A stretch of DNA of 63,495 nt, filler included, from Octopus bimaculoides (taxonomy: Eukaryota), in the NCBI RefSeq assembly GCF_001194135.2. It is 5 parts of 5 records of this genome, joined end to end, with 100 filler letters (N's around TTAATTAATTAA, not from the genome) between each part and the next. Parts side by side here need not be neighbours in the genome. Positions count along the whole stretch, not along the records: positions 19,884 to 35,368 come from NC_068999.1; positions 35,469 to 53,665 come from NC_068983.1; 3 more parts are not named here. One strand, given 5' to 3'. The notes beneath the pieces were generated by a model that worked only from the letters and a program-made list of their open reading frames with translations, made no database searches and was not told where the DNA came from. Position numbers and translations under genes: made by a program. Shown in pieces: positions 24,746-39,202 of this stretch. Each line of letters begins with the position of its first letter. Within the stretch, counting starts at the first letter, position 1.

Positions 24746-25257
24746 GTGTATTACGGTAATGCACATAAGATTGAATAAATCTAGGCGTGTAGAGAGAGAG
24801 AGCTACACTATGTTGTATGTGCATATCTTCTAAAACAACCTATTCAATAGATAAATTCATTTCGTTATTATTCTGTTAAATGGGGTTAATTTGCCTATCG
24901 ACTATCATCAAAGTATCCCACGTCAATTTCTCCTTAGGGTCCTCTTTCAAACGTGAAGGCTTTATTGTACAATATAACAGTTATTTCTTTAATATATATA
25001 CTGGCATAATCGGCTTATATACGAGCTCATTCAAATATTTGGAATACTTAATAAGCAAGAGAGATTTTTAAAAAATATAATGGCATTTTTTCTGTCTTTT
25101 ACTCTAGGACAAGAGTAATTTCACAAAAATGTTTACCAATGTGTACACAGAGAAATGGTCTACGTAAATATGTTGTTTTATTTCGTTCGGAACGAAGATG
25201 TTACATATTCAGAGTAGTCGGTGGTTTCCTATTCACATGCACATTGGTAATGCTCTA

Positions 25258-25954
25258 CGAGGGTGGTCTGAAAGTTCATAGGGTGGCTATGAAGGAATGA
25301 TATAAGGCCTAAAAAATCCATCATACATTTATTTCAAATCCTTTTACTAATAATTGCATTGTTTTTCTTAAGCCAACTTATATCTGACAGTTAAAGCAAG
25401 ATTTCAAAAGTAATTAATAGTGACTTCTCCTCAAAATGGGCAAAGTTTGACGCCGTGGTGTTATCAAATACCTCCAGAAGAAAACGGTTTAACGACGAAG
25501 GACATTTAAGCTGACATTGTTGCTACGTTAGCGAATGACACTTACCTTTTATCAACTGTACAACAGTTAGCAAGTAAGCGGAGGGAAAGCCCAGAAGATG
25601 AGCAAAATATTCGGGGTCCTGCAGCAGGCACCATCGCAGAAAACGTTGATCGTGTTCAGCACATGCTGATGGGTTAAAGGCGATTGAATATATATCAAAT
25701 AGCCAATGCTATTAGCATATATCGGGAGAGCTTGAAAATAGTTTACACAATGAATTTAGTATGACGAATGTTGCTGCTAAGGCGGGTACCACGTCTTCTG
25801 ACACTTGATCAAAAGCGTGCCAGTCTGATCACATCGCGGGGAATCCTGACATTATTTGGGGCAGATCAAGCTCGTTTCCTTGAAAGTTTCCTTGAATCTT
25901 TTATAAGCCAAGATGAAAGTTAGGTTCATCACAACACGCCAGAGACAAATTTTC
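25258..25954 (+). mobile_element. Mariner 5' half (TA|CGAGG TIR type), decayed
   Basis: TIR start TA|CGAGGGTGGTCTGAAAGT. Transposase GVIKYLQKK...ENVDRVQHML...VPRLLTLDQKR...QDES*VHHNTPET. Ends at a gap. Confidence 0.85.
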
Positions 25955-26629
25955 NNNNNNNNNNNNNNNNNNNNNNNNNNNNNNNNNNNNNNNNNNNNNN
26001 NNNNNNNNNNNNNNNNNNNNNNNNNNNNNNNNNNNNNNNNNNNNNNNNNNNNNNTCTCTATTAAATTGACGTAGATAGCGTTAACAATGACGTCGTAGCC
26101 TGTGACTATAGATAACAAAGACATCATAGTCTGCTAGGGTGTGAAGCAAAAAAAAGAAAAGAGAAAATGTAACAAAATATTGATAATTGTCTGAAAATAT
26201 AGATAATTTGAAAGGCATCGTTTAGTATTCATAACGAGATAAGATATGTCTCTATGCTTACACTCTATATATACAATTGAGTAGATTACTGATATGATTA
26301 TCATATACACGATTGCTTCCGTTACAGTTGTTTTAGGTTTCATTTGGCAGTTTGCTTTTTTATTCAAATATATTGATTCTTGTTTCATAATAATTCTGCC
26401 ATTATTATTTCTGTGCGTCACGAGTTATATATTACCGTTTTAGAATTATTCTGCCGTCAAGTAGAATATTTTGCTGATGAATTTCAGTCAGAAGAAATCG
26501 ACTTAGTATATTTATGCAAGCAAATAAACATACGGTGCCTGCTTATAAGCAGATGTCATCAACAGTCACCATTTACAACAATGGCAGCTAATATGCGCTT
26601 CATGTGATTCTTCCATTCTATCATAGCAG

Positions 26630-26745
26630 TATTTAACCATGCGATATCCAAACGTCACCGACACGCAGCACGACACCACGAACAAAATCTACATTGGCTC
26701 CACGAAGGGAGATATTCATCCAGCCATCTACTGAGGCTAGGCAAA
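26630..26745 (+). mobile_element. Possible Penelope GIY-YIG remnant
   Basis: VTDTQHDTTNKIYIGSTKG resembles the YIG motif region seen at 3950-4020. Confidence 0.4.
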
Positions 26746-27139
26746 GTGAATCAGGTAAAAAGAACGTCGTTCCAATAGTTCCCTAGTCTCGAATTTACTA
26801 GCATCGTTGATCTGTCATGGACTGAGTAAATATTTAGTGATTCTAAATCAATAACTCGTTAGAGCAAAAAATATATCAGCCATTAAAAGCTGATGATATA
26901 CCTAAAAGGAAGCCTGCGATGTCCCTAGAATATCAGAAACAATTGCTAATATTTACTTCAAAATTTGCTTTTATTATATTTTATTACTGCCTCTCAAAAC
27001 ATGGCTAAGATGCTCCCTCATTAACCCTGCTCATAATAAGAGATGCATATATTGTCAGACACTAAGTGGTATGCTGCAGTGTTTAAAGTCAAGCAACTGA
27101 GAACCAAATGTTTAATATTAAGCAGAATACTTGCTATAG

Positions 27140-27500
27140 AGTTATTTCCTCAGCAAATTAGCATCGTTCTCGACACGGTCTAGATTTCGTGCAACTGTAA
27201 CCCAGGTGTCTCTTTGGTCACCGGAAAGCGGTTTTGGCACCAATTTTGCAGACACGCATCTCATACCAAAATCTTCAGTGATAATGAACTGAACCATAAC
27301 TAATCTGCACATCATCTCACGGATCGTGATTTCAGGATTTCCTCTCAAGGCTGCACGCACGTCTGCGATATTTTTCTCAGTTCTGATGTCTGCGTGTCTC
27401 CCAGAACGTTCGTCAATATCAACATTTTACGGTGATCTTGTAAACGTCTGGAAAACTCTTACAGTTCTGTATGGATCATCCACTCCTCACTATGCACATT
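27140..27500 (-). mobile_element. Mariner transposase fragment
   Basis: DIDERSGRHADIRTEKNIADVRAALRGNPEITIREM...EDFGMRCVSAKLVPKPLSGDQR. Confidence 0.85.
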
Positions 27501-28373
27501 GTGCAACGTTACTAGGGTTTTCTGGGGAATTAAGTGACCACATGTCGGAGGAGATGTTGTCACCCGAGTATCACCACTCGGTTCTCCTGCTCGTGTGGCA
27601 TTGTACAGAGTGTAGTTGCTCGATATCCGGTCTTCCAGCAGTCACCCTCTTGACCTAGGGCAGCATTGTCTCCAAAAAGTACTTGATGAAGGCCTCTGTG
27701 TCGAGTCCTTCACCTTGTGGGAAAATGAATGGGAGCATATTAAAGCCAAAACTAGTGATGACTCCGAGCACGATGATGTTGATTAGATGTGTGATTGATA
27801 TCACTCTCGGTAAATATTTTGGGAACACGGCAAACTTACGGTTGTTCTTTGTGTTCCCTATTTGATTCTCGCAGAAATTGTTCACGTCTTTGAAAAAACA
27901 GAGCATCTTGTTAAAAAGCTTCGTTGGGCGGTCTTTCCTGTAGTCCTTGATGTCTTGGGATTAAAATTGACCCTTTCTTATGTTTAATGAGGAACTCCCA
28001 ATTTCTTCATGCACTACCTCCCTCGTAAATAATTCAGACACTCCCGTGTCCCTACCGATGGACCTGGATGCATTGGAGGGATCACTGATTATCATGGCCT
28101 GGATCTCACAAAAAAACTTTCAGGAGTTATTTTCTTATCACAAGGATCCGAGTGAGTTTTCTGAGCCACCGTACCTTCATAAATCACCATTCGACTCATC
28201 CAACACTTTCCGAATCCTCTGCACAGTCCTTCGATTCACACCCAAACGGTCTGAAATGTTCATTCATTATAATTCTAATGCAGTTTTATAGCATTCCCCT
28301 TATGTTCATCCTTCTATGTAAAGGTGAGTCACAAAATGGTAACAGCCTCTAAGTCTATAACCCGTACCCCTCG
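27501..28373 (-). mobile_element. IS630/Tc1/mariner transposon remnant (maT/DD37D-like)
   Basis: NNRKFAVFPKYLPRV...IIVLGVITS...MLPFIFPQG..LDTEAFIKYFLETMLP*VKRVTAGRP...CHTSRRTEW...MWSLNSPENP. A possible TIR end CCCCTCG|TA lies at 28367-28375. Confidence 0.8.
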
Positions 28374-28807
28374 TAGTAGTGTTCGTAGTAGTAGTAGTGT
28401 CAATAGTGGTAGTCGCAGCAGCAGCAGCAGTATTAGTAATAGTAATATAGCAGCAGTAGTAGTAGTTGTAGTTGTTGTAGTAGTAGTAGTAGTAGTAGTA
28501 GTAGCAACAACACTACAGCAGCAGCAGCTCTACTACTAGTAGTAGTAGTAGTAGTAGTGGTAGTAGTAGTATTACCAACAGCACTACAGCAGCAGCAGCT
28601 CTACTACTACTGGTAGTAGTAGTAGTAGTAGTAGTAGTAGCAGCAGCAGCATCAGTAGCATTAGTGGTAGTAGTACAGCAGCAGCAGTAGTGGTAGTAGT
28701 AGTAGTAGTAGTAATGGTAGCAGCAACAGCAGCATCAGCAACAGCAGCAGCAGCAACAGCAGCATCAGCAACAGCAGCAGCAACATCAACAACAGCAGCA
28801 GCAACAT

Positions 28808-28850
<43 letters not shown>

Positions 28851-28915
28851 TGTAGTAGTAGTTGTAGTAGTATTGGTGTTGCTGTAGGAAATTTAAATGA
28901 CATTAGTAGTTTTGC
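28374..28915. repeat. (AGT)n/(AGC)n low-complexity tract
   Basis: Direct. Confidence 0.97.
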
Positions 28916-31900
28916 TGTAAAACTCTAGAAAATAACCTTATTACATACGAATGTAACATTCATAAGATGATAGACGGCGGCAATTTTTAACGAATGTTGA
29001 AAAAAAATTAGAATAGTCCACACAGTAATATAGGGGTTTTAGTTATGTTATTTGAACACAAGCCCTTTGGCTTGAAAGTATCAAACTGCATTACATAGTT
29101 AAACAATTTATCCATTTCTTAATGTAATATAGTTGAATTTGGTTCAATGAGTCCCCTGTATTGTCTCACAATGCACTATATATTTCTTAATATATGACAA
29201 TGAGTAGGCTATTAATTAACTAATTGATTAAATACCTATCTTAGTTAGATTTGAAGGAGGCAATGTATACGTTAAATCATGCATTTTTAATAACCAATAT
29301 TACAAACGTGAATTGAATCCGCTTGTACCTGATAATGTAATAGTTATATTTAATTGACTTGCGAAGTGGAGAAATGATATGAAGCAGGTATGTAGCACCG
29401 GTTGAGATGCCATTCACTGGTTCTATGCTGTTGTTGTTGTTGTTGTTGCTTAGACCGTGATTAGTACTGATTGGTTATTGCTATTAACAACGAATCCATC
29501 CGTACCTTGCTAGTTATTTTACTCTCTGTTAATTACGGCCAGTGTATATTCCACTACGTAATTTAGCGCATCATAAAATTTAAGAACGATATAACTCTAA
29601 TTTGCTGCAAGCTGCTGAAACATATAAATGCGACATTCTTCACTGTGCATGTGTGCAGCATTGATCAATCTTAATTTCATAAAGATAAATTCATTTGGTG
29701 TAGTTTGAATGGCTCAAGCGACATGGAAAATATGGTCATTTATATATTTGATCATTGTTAGAAACAGAACAGAATTTTGGTGTCAGTCTTCAGATTATTG
29801 TCTGGTGAAATAAATATCATTACATTGAGTATTTGCTGCTGAATGAAAAGCAAAGTGTGTTTTCATTAAATCTATCACTACATCGAAAAATATATCATTA
29901 TTGAAAATGTTGTTCAATAAGGCAATGATCTTTTTGATTATTTCTGCTTATGGCCTCAGTAATCTTAGAAGAATGAATTATGGAGCAAACAACTCAATAA
30001 CAGTGTAAAATCATACATGTAAAGACGTCCGAAAAAATTGGTGACTATGCTCGTTCTCATCACGCTACCTTCTGATTATGATGCCATTGTTATCATATTG
30101 ATAGAGTCGTGATGCATTGGCATTTTTGTAATGAAATATGTGTTTCAATTTAGTTAAATTAAGCAAACAATTATTACTAATTAAAATCGTATTTCACAAT
30201 CATACATCGTTAAATCGTTTGTCTCTAAAACAGATGACGGTAAATAATGTAAGTTTCTTGAAATGGCATTGAATATTAAATACTTTATTTGATATGATAA
30301 CATGTAGAGAAGCTTCAGTATCGTATTGTGGTACGCAATTACACCACTTTTCATTTCCTTGTTTGTAACGCAGCAAAGAAAAAAATAATAATAACATAAA
30401 AAAAAAAAATTTAAAAAGTGTTCTGGCCAGTTTTTGCTTATTGATTTTCTTATAAAAATCAAGCAGAGCGTGACTGAAAATTGTCTGCAAGGTATTGTCG
30501 TATTTATTGCCTTCAGTTTCAGTTGAACCTAAACATAGAGGCAAATGATTGATATAACAAATCGATAGAGAGTACATAAAAGCTAGCCAGAGGACAAGAC
30601 CATAATGCGTAACAGAGATATGTGGGAAGAATTACTGCCCAAATCGAGCATCGTATTTGTTAAGCATGATGTGTATCAATATTGGAATTTCAAACCATAG
30701 TATACCAAAGTACTAAACCGATAAGTAAGAGTGTATCGGAGCGGCAGAATGGGTTCTGTGCATATCTGTATATTTAGCAGCTTTTACGATTTCCTGTTAC
30801 ATTGTAGCATTGCAAGCGTTATTTCGGGTAGCAAAAATATGTATACTAACAGCACTCATATATAATTCTAATACAGTAAAGTACAAAATGTTGCTACTTC
30901 AAATATATAACTAGTATGTTTATTATATCTATATAGCTATATAAATTATCCAGTCGTAATTCATTTCCAAAAATATATCTACGTGGCCTGTGGAGTAATG
31001 CACTCTCCGAATAGACAGATTTTCTTTCAATTGTATCTTTTTTTGAAATTCTAGACAATACAAACTAGCTCCTTGAATTTTTGAAAATTAATAGCGAAAG
31101 AGATATTCAAAAATTAATACAATCCCATATAGAAGAAATAAGAATTCATATAATTAATTTTTAGAAGTGTGTTTAGGAAAATAATTTAGTCATATCTACA
31201 ATAGTTCAAAAATACAAAGTCCAAAAATTTCAAAGTGTGAATACAAATACAAAAAAAAAAAAAAAATTCGAATGTATTTATAGAATGTACTTAAATTGAT
31301 AGGACAGTAGTATTATATTTGAAAACATATGCTAATTATATAAAATATTTGTTTCAATTATTGACAATAGGCAGGTAATTGTAAGGGTGGGGATATGTCG
31401 TTGACATCAATTAGGGTGTTGAACTGGTATTTCATCGAACCCAAAAGAATCAAAAGCAAACTTGACCTTGGTCGTAAAGGGTCAGAATAAATGCAACCAG
31501 GCAGTTTCTCCGACTCTCAAACGATTCTTCTTGCTCGGCTCTATCGAATAGTGCAAAGCATTAAACATGCAACAATATCCATTGTTACAGTTTTTGTTGT
31601 GAACATTGTGTTAACAGGGTTCGAAATCTTAAGCAGTCATTGCTTTAAGATTTCCTTGAAATTTCAGAAAACAATTTAGCTATGGGTATTAAAAATACGT
31701 ATGTAGCACAGTATGAAATTATATAAATGCTTCTACTACGAGGTGCCATTTCCAATTTGTTGTAATTGCATAAAGAGTTTTGTTTCAGTAGAATCGTCGA
31801 AGAGATTAAAATATTATGTGTAAGAATTTTAAAAGTGCTATTTTCGATATTCATACGTGAAATGAATACATTGAAATAAAAAGCATGCCAATGCAATTTG

Positions 31901-32029
31901 CAAGGCAATGCTTTGAGGAAAGCAACAGAATTAACGTCAAATACAAATCTTATTTGAAGACAGAAATAAAGCATAAACACTGACATAATTATTGCTAAGA
32001 TTATTCTAATCCTTTTCGCGGAACCATCA

Positions 32030-32320
32030 GTGTTACACGAGTGTTTCGAAATAAAAAATCATGGTTCTCTTTTGCAGAACCGCTTAAGTTATGGGGACAT
32101 AAACGCACCAGCATCAGTTGTCAAGCGATGTTGGGGGCTAAACACACACACACAGACACAAACACACACACACAAACACACACACATACACACACACACA
32201 CACATATACACAAGGCTATAATTGAACACACTTGCACAAGATGCCACGCAGTAAGACTGAACGGGGAACAATGTGGTTTGTAAGCAAGCTACTTACCACA
32301 CAGCCACTACTGCACCTATA
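32030..32320 (-). mobile_element. Family A SINE
   Basis: Reverse complement matches the head GTGGCTGTGTGGTAAGTAGCTTGCTTAC and the body with (TG)n. Confidence 0.8.
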
Positions 32321-33859
32321 GGCTAATGAAATATTTTATATCTTGGGCAAGTCTTTTCAGGTTAGCTGCAATCAAGAAGATGCATAGAATAGCTTTCCTT
32401 GTATTTCAAATCGAATTTTCCATGAAGTCTGCTTTCCTTTCATTTAGTATGTAAGGCAGTCGTGTGTGCAGTCATGTTGTTTTACCTGTGTAACTTCAAA
32501 TTAAATATGAACATTCACTGCATCTCCATGGCTGTATAGCACGTGTATTTTTTTTCCAACAATGTCGTGTTATCTTTTTCGCTCTGCTTTTCATTCTCTC
32601 AAATCATTCTATTTCTGTTTCCAAAATTAAAATTACTCTTTCCATTAGAAAATTATTTTAAGTCATAAAATTTCGAAAAAAATTGTTCTTGTATTTCAAT
32701 ATGACACTAGTTTGCCACACGCACGGAAACGTTCCGGCGTCTTAATGATCCTTAATTTTAATACGAAACATTCATTTTCATCAAAAGTTTTCATAACAAT
32801 TTTTTATGCAACGTTTTACTAGAAACACAACCAAGAAGAGCAACGTAAAAACAACAACAACAACAGAAGCAACAACATAATATTAATACGTAAACATAAG
32901 GCAATTTATTGACAAGGGAATAACAGATATTATAGATTTATTTGACTTCATTGAATGTCTGGAAATTAATATCTTAGCTAAATATATTAAGCTATATTGT
33001 ATATACAATTTCTATTCCACAAATAAGTTTTCCGTATTTACGTTACGGACAATTCTATGTTTTTTTAATGCTGCATTGTCCTGTTGGAACACAACCAATA
33101 TGAAAATTATTTAGAGCCACATGAACAGTGTATTTAGAAATACGACAGTTTCTTTCATATAAACTTGTAAGAACCTCAAATTGCCACAAGAATTTCATAT
33201 GATAGACATTATACAATACAATCTCTAACGGTTTAAGCGTAAATTAGAAATCTCAGACTTGTTATTCCCCAAACAATCTATATGAATTATCATTTTACTG
33301 TATTTTCTGTCTTTAAATTTTGACAGATTTTCGTTCCTCTTCAAAACATTTATTTGATTATAATTCCAGAAATTTGGCTTTCTATTTACTGTGATTATAT
33401 AAATTGGGAATTTACACAACGATTCTTCAGCTTTTGATTTAAATTTGGCTCGTACATACATTCGATCCGATTGATTTACAAAGGTTTGTGATTAAAATGC
33501 GTTTAAAGTGATGGAAAGTGACATCCCCTTCATAATTATTATTTTCATTTTCCCACGTTGGTAGCGGTATGGTGGTTATTTTGGCGTCCTTGTTGTTTTG
33601 GACGTCTATTAATAACATTTATGAAGCAATCTTGAACAATAGCCAGAATTACTAATCGTTCTTTGGCAGATATATTTACCAAGCTACTAAGACTTTGAAA
33701 ACAATTTCGTTGAACATGTTTCATGGTTTTCGAACTTCGTTTTACCCAAATCTTCTGATAAATATTATAACGAGATAGTAGCTAAGTTTTTGTTGGATTT
33801 AGATTGAGAAACACCTTCACCTGCATTAGCACAAAATGTTACATCAGACTGAACAGTTT

Positions 33860-33945
33860 AATATATCTATCTACATATCTATTTATCTATCTGTCTGTCC
33901 GTTTATCTATCTATCTATCTATTTATCTATCTATATATATGTCTG

Positions 33946-33982
<37 letters not shown>

Positions 33983-33983
33983 G

Positions 33984-34020
<37 letters not shown>

Positions 34021-34067
34021 GGCTATCTATCTGTCTGTCTATCTACCTGTTTGTCTATCTATCTATC

Positions 34068-34115
<48 letters not shown>

Positions 34116-34130
34116 AATCTATCTATCTAC
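33860..34130. repeat. (ATCT)n microsatellite
   Basis: Direct. Confidence 0.97.
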
Positions 34131-34548
34131 ATAAGCATCAGCTACGTAGGTTTCCTAGCTAGCAGAGCCTTGGAAGTACTAATTACACAAAGATACGTAT
34201 TCCGCTAGCTACTCACCAGGCAAAAGACACCTTAGTCAAATGAAGGTTACATTGTCTTGAATGGATCCCATGTTAACTCGCAGAATATTTGATTGATGAG
34301 AGAAAAAGCCAATCTTTATATCGAACGTAAAGTCCTGGTATATTAGAAAAGCAGATAAGTTGGTGTTGGTCTTTCGGGATATTGACATATCGATGCATGT
34401 TGCATAAAAGCACTGAGATATTCCGAAGTAGACGGGGATCTTCTATTATGTCTACGTGGTTTCAGCGAGCTGGAAATCCTCTCTGGTAGAATTTAGTTAA
34501 CTGCATGCCACATATATATATGGCTGCCACGAAATAAAGTATTTCAAA

Positions 34549-34760
34549 GCGATGAGCTAGCTGAAAATTTAGCACGCCGGGAGAAATGCTTAGCGGTATT
34601 TCGTCTGTCTTTATGTTATGAGTTCAAATTCTACTGAAGTTCTCTTTGCCTTTCATCCGTGTGCGTACGATAGATAATATACCGGTTGCGTACTGGAGTC
34701 GATCTATTCGACTAGCCCCCACCCAAAAAATGTCGAGTCTTGTTCCTAGAGTAGGAACGG
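34549..34760 (+). mobile_element. Family B SINE
   Basis: GAAATGCTTAGCGGTATTTCGTCTGTCTTTA.GTT.TGAGTTCAAATTC. Confidence 0.8.
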
Positions 34761-35301
34761 ATATATAGTATTTTAGTGAATTTTAGTGACTGACCTTGCA
34801 AAAATCCAGCAGTGTTGTTTTACTCACGCGCCACTCTCATCCCTTGGCGTTTTGAAACAATAACTCAACAGATGAGAGTTTGAAGAATGCAGATTAAAAG
34901 CAAGATCATACAAGTAAAAAAAAAATATGTATATAATTAATATTATATTAAAAAGAATTGATTTCAAATCTTGGTTTCAGGCAAGCAAATTTGTGGGAGG
35001 GGAACAGTCGCTGACATCGATCCCAGTGCTCTCTTCATACTTATCTTATTCATCACGAAAGGAAGACATACGGAGTCGACCTCGGCTGAATTTGAACACA
35101 GGATGTAATGAAGGAAGAGACGTGTTGCTGTATATGTCACCTGAGTGGCTAACATTTTTAACGACTGGACGCATTATTAGTAGTAGCAGCTGTAGCTGTA
35201 GTAGTCGTAGTAGAATAGTAGTATTAATATTAGTAGTAGTAGTATTAATAGTAGTAGCAGTGGTAGTAGAAGTAGCAGTGATGACGATGATGATGATGAT
35301 G

Positions 35302-35368
<67 letters not shown>

Positions 35369-35468
35369 NNNNNNNNNNNNNNNNNNNNNNNNNNNNNNNN
35401 NNNNNNNNNNNNTTAATTAATTAANNNNNNNNNNNNNNNNNNNNNNNNNNNNNNNNNNNNNNNNNNNN
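35369..35468. other. Artificial contig linker
   Basis: Same 44N/12/44N structure. Confidence 0.95.
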
Positions 35469-35849
35469 ATATATATCTAGCTACCTATCTATATATATAT
35501 ATATATATACATACATACATACATACACATGATCGTGCGCATGTGTTGGGGGTTAGTGTGTGTGTATGGATATATGGTTATGTGTTTCAGTCTTCACTTG
35601 CGTATGTGTGCTTGTCTGTTCGTATCACCTATGTACCTATCGGTCTGTATCTGTATGATGATCTGCTTGCTTTCATATCCATATGCTTATATACATGTAC
35701 ATATATATACAGTGGGGGGAAATAAATATTCGTACATATTTTTATTTATCTAAATTCTAATGAACATAAATAGAATATACCAATACTATATATGCATACG
35801 CTATATTTTCTTTTGCATACAAATATGCAAAAGAAACTAATAAATTATA

Positions 35850-36623
35850 GTAACTAATGAATTTCAGGCTGCAGGTAGCAACTGATGCCTTCCGGTCTCT
35901 TGAGTCTCGTGTCTGGTCCCAGCATAGTAACACAAAGCCAACAAAACTTGCTGTGTACCGAGCATGTGTAGTGACATCACTCCTTTACTTATATGAGATA
36001 TGGAAATTTTACAAACGTCATGTAAGTGTTCTTGAACGCTTTCATCAGAGATGTTTCACATTCTGAATGTTGGATGTACTTTAAGATCTCCAGACAAATT
36101 GGTCATGAGGACAGTTGATATCTTCAGTATTGCGGCAATGGTGCACAAGCTCCGGTTACATTGGTCTTGACACCTTATGGGAATGAAGGAATCGCAGTTT
36201 CCGTAAGTAGATGCTATATAGGGAACTTGTAAATGGAAAGAAACCCCGGCAGAAACCAAGTCTGCGATTTCAGGATTGTGTCAAGTCCTCAATAAAGACC
36301 TCTGATATGCAGGAGATTGACTGGGGGAGTAATGCCTATCATCGACACAGATGGAAGAAGCAGTTTAACGAGGGTGTTGACAATTTTGAGAGAGCACGTA
36401 TTCTGCATGAAGAACTGAAGCTGCTGAAAACGCACTGTAGTGAACGCTGTAGTGAAATAGGAAAGCTTGGTTTGCAATGTTTCACGTCTTGTATCCTTTT
36501 CAAGAGCAGGTATCATTAGCCACCAAAGGAACTGCAAATACAAATTAAAGTTAGTCTTAGAGCACAGAATGTATTTGAAGGCCTGCTATGGTCTTCCTCG
36601 GTCACGAATGGACGTCCATCATA

Positions 36624-36630
<7 letters not shown>
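35850..36630 (+). mobile_element. RTE-clade LINE 3' fragment
   Basis: AFRSLESRVWSQH...TKLAVYRACVVTSLLYLYEIW..YKRHVSVLERFHQRC...LYRELVNGKKPRQKPSLRFQDCVK...SRAGIISHQRNC. Confidence 0.88.
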
Positions 36631-36666
<36 letters not shown>

Positions 36667-37593
36667 TTATTTATCTTTCTCTCTCTCTCTCTATATATAT
36701 ATATTCAAAGTAATGAAAAATCCTTCATCCCCATGTATGTAAATATATGTATAAAGATAGATATATATATANNNNNNNNNNNNNNNNNNNNNNNNNNNNN
36801 NNNNNNNNNNNNNNNNNNNNNNNNNNNNNNNNNNNNNNNNNNNNNNNNNNNNNNNNNNNNNNNNNNNNNNNNNNNNNNNNNNNNNNNNNNNNNNNNNNNN
36901 NNNNNNNNNNNNNNNNNNNNNNNNNNNNNNNNNNNNNNNNNNNNNNNNNNNNNNNNNNNNNNNNNNNNNNNNNNNNNNNNNNNNNNNNNNNNNNNNNNNN
37001 NNNNNNNNNNNNNNNNNNNNNNNNNNNNNNNNNNNNNNNNNNNNNNNNNNNNNNNNNNNNNNNNNNNNNNNNNNNNNNNNNNNNNNNNNNNNNNNNNNNN
37101 NNNNNNNNNNNNNNNNNNNNNNNNNNNNNNNNNNNNNNNNNNNNNNNNNNNNNNNNNNNNNNNNNNNNNNNNNNNNNNNNNNNNNNNNNNNNNNNNNNNN
37201 NNNNNNNNNNNNNNNNNNNNNNNNNNNNNNNNNNNNNNNNNNNNNNNNNNNNNNNNNNNNNNNNNNNNNNNNNNNNNNNNNNNNNNNNNNNNNNNNNNNN
37301 NNNNNNNNNNNNNNNNNNNNNNNNNNNNNNNNNNNNNNNNNNNNNNNNNNNNNNNNNNNNNNNNNNNNNNNNNNNNNNNNNNNNNNNNNNNNNNNNNNNN
37401 NNNNNNNNNNNNNNNNNNNNNNNNNNNNNNNNNNNNNNNNNNNNNNNNNNNNNNNNNNNNNNNNNNNNNNNNNNNNNNNNNNNNNNNNNNNNNNNNNNNN
37501 NNNNNNNNNNNNNNNNNNNNNNNNNNNNNNNNNNNNNNNNNNNNNNNNNNNNNNNNNNNNNNNNNNNNNNNNNNNNNNNNNNNNNNNNNNNNN

Positions 37594-37660
<67 letters not shown>

Positions 37661-39082
37661 ATATGTTTTGGTAACTTCCAGCTTCGTTGTAGACGTGGGG
37701 ATAAATAACATTAATAGATAAATGAAATAGAGTGGCAAAGTATATTATTTAAGATGACTTTCAAATTTCATCTCTCATCAGTGTATCTCAAACGGATTCT
37801 AAACAAACATGTTGACTCTCATAGTACTAAGGTTTGAGGCTATATTACGATTTTATCGCAATTTATATTTTGGTGAAATATGAGCTATCCTAGCAGAATG
37901 AATATGATAATATTTGAATCACTAACGCGTAAAATAGCATTAGGTAAATCTTAAGCAAGTAGCAATAGCGATTAAGAAGAGGAGTAAAATATGAAATATC
38001 GCGGTGAAACTATGTATAATTCCAATACTGTTATGATCCTTTCTCCAGCTAACAAGATATTCATTAAACTCGATTACACGTCTCATATAAAATTGTCAGT
38101 ATGAAGGGTATTCTAACTAATCAGTTGTTGTAAAGTTGATCAAACTGAGATTAGAGTGCTTTGCACAGCTAATTCTTATGTGTGATATAAGATAGGCGAG
38201 AGATCATTTTCTGATTTTATCCTCTTTTTATTGTTTGGTTAACATAAAATCTATTTATATGCAGATGCAATCTTCGTAACTTAATTTTTTTCCTGTAGTA
38301 ACATGAAAAATGACAATATAATTGTAATCGTATTAGATCGTAATAGCATTTTAACATATTGTGAAAACTATATTGGAATTTTGGCTCAATAATTTTAACA
38401 TATAACCTATCTTCATCCATCGAATACTCAACTTTTTCTTTACTTGATCATAGAATTTGTTTTAAAAAACCTTAGGGAATGTTTTATACATGTTGTACCA
38501 TATTTGTAATTAGCGTTCTCGTATATGTATATTGATTCTCTTTGTGAAAGTGATATATATATATATATATATANNNNNNNNNNNNNNNNNNNNNNNNNNN
38601 NNNNNNNNNNNNNNNNNNNNNNNNNNNNNNNNNNNNNNNNNNNNNNNNNNNNNNNNNNNNNNNNNNNNNNNNNNNNNNNNNNNNNNNNNNNNNNNNNNNN
38701 NNNNNNNNNNNNNNNNNNNNNNNNNNNNNNNNNNNNNNNNNNNNNNNNNNNNNNNNNNNNNNNNNNNNNNNNNNNNNNNNNNNNNNNNNNNNNNNNNNNN
38801 NNNNNNNNNNNNNNNNNNNNNNNNNNNNNNNNNNNNNNNNNNNNNNNNNNNNNNNNNNNNNNNNNNNNNNNNNNNNNNNNNNNNNNNNNNNNNNNNNNNN
38901 NNNNNNNNNNNNNNNNNNNNNNNNNNNNNNNNNNNNNNNNNNNNNNNNNNNNNNNNNNNNNNNNNNNNNNNNNNNNNNNNNNNNNNNNNNNNNNNNNNNN
39001 NNNNNNNNNNNNNNNNNNNNNNNNNNNNNNNNNNNNNNNNNNNNNNNNNNNNNNNNNNNNNNNNNNNNNNNNNNNNNNNNNN

Positions 39083-39087
39083 GAAGA

Positions 39088-39118
<31 letters not shown>

Positions 39119-39202
39119 GGTGGAGGAGCAGAAGAAGAAGAAGAAGAAGAAGAAGAAGAAGAAGAAGAAGAAGAAGAAGAAGAAGAAGAAGAAGAAGAAG
39201 AA
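39083..39202. repeat. (GAA)n/(GAG)n microsatellite
   Basis: Direct. Confidence 0.97.

Noticed and set aside
30730-30890. Hydrophobic frame AAEWVLCISVYLAAFTI as a DRAM/TMEM150-like exon
   Set aside because: No convincing splice sites or partner exons; similarity too weak.
36691-37738. Long 300+ aa ORFs here and at 21361-21986, 38440-39345 (in part), 39883-40599 and 48007-49020
   Set aside because: They are mostly X, produced by reading through N gaps and microsatellites.
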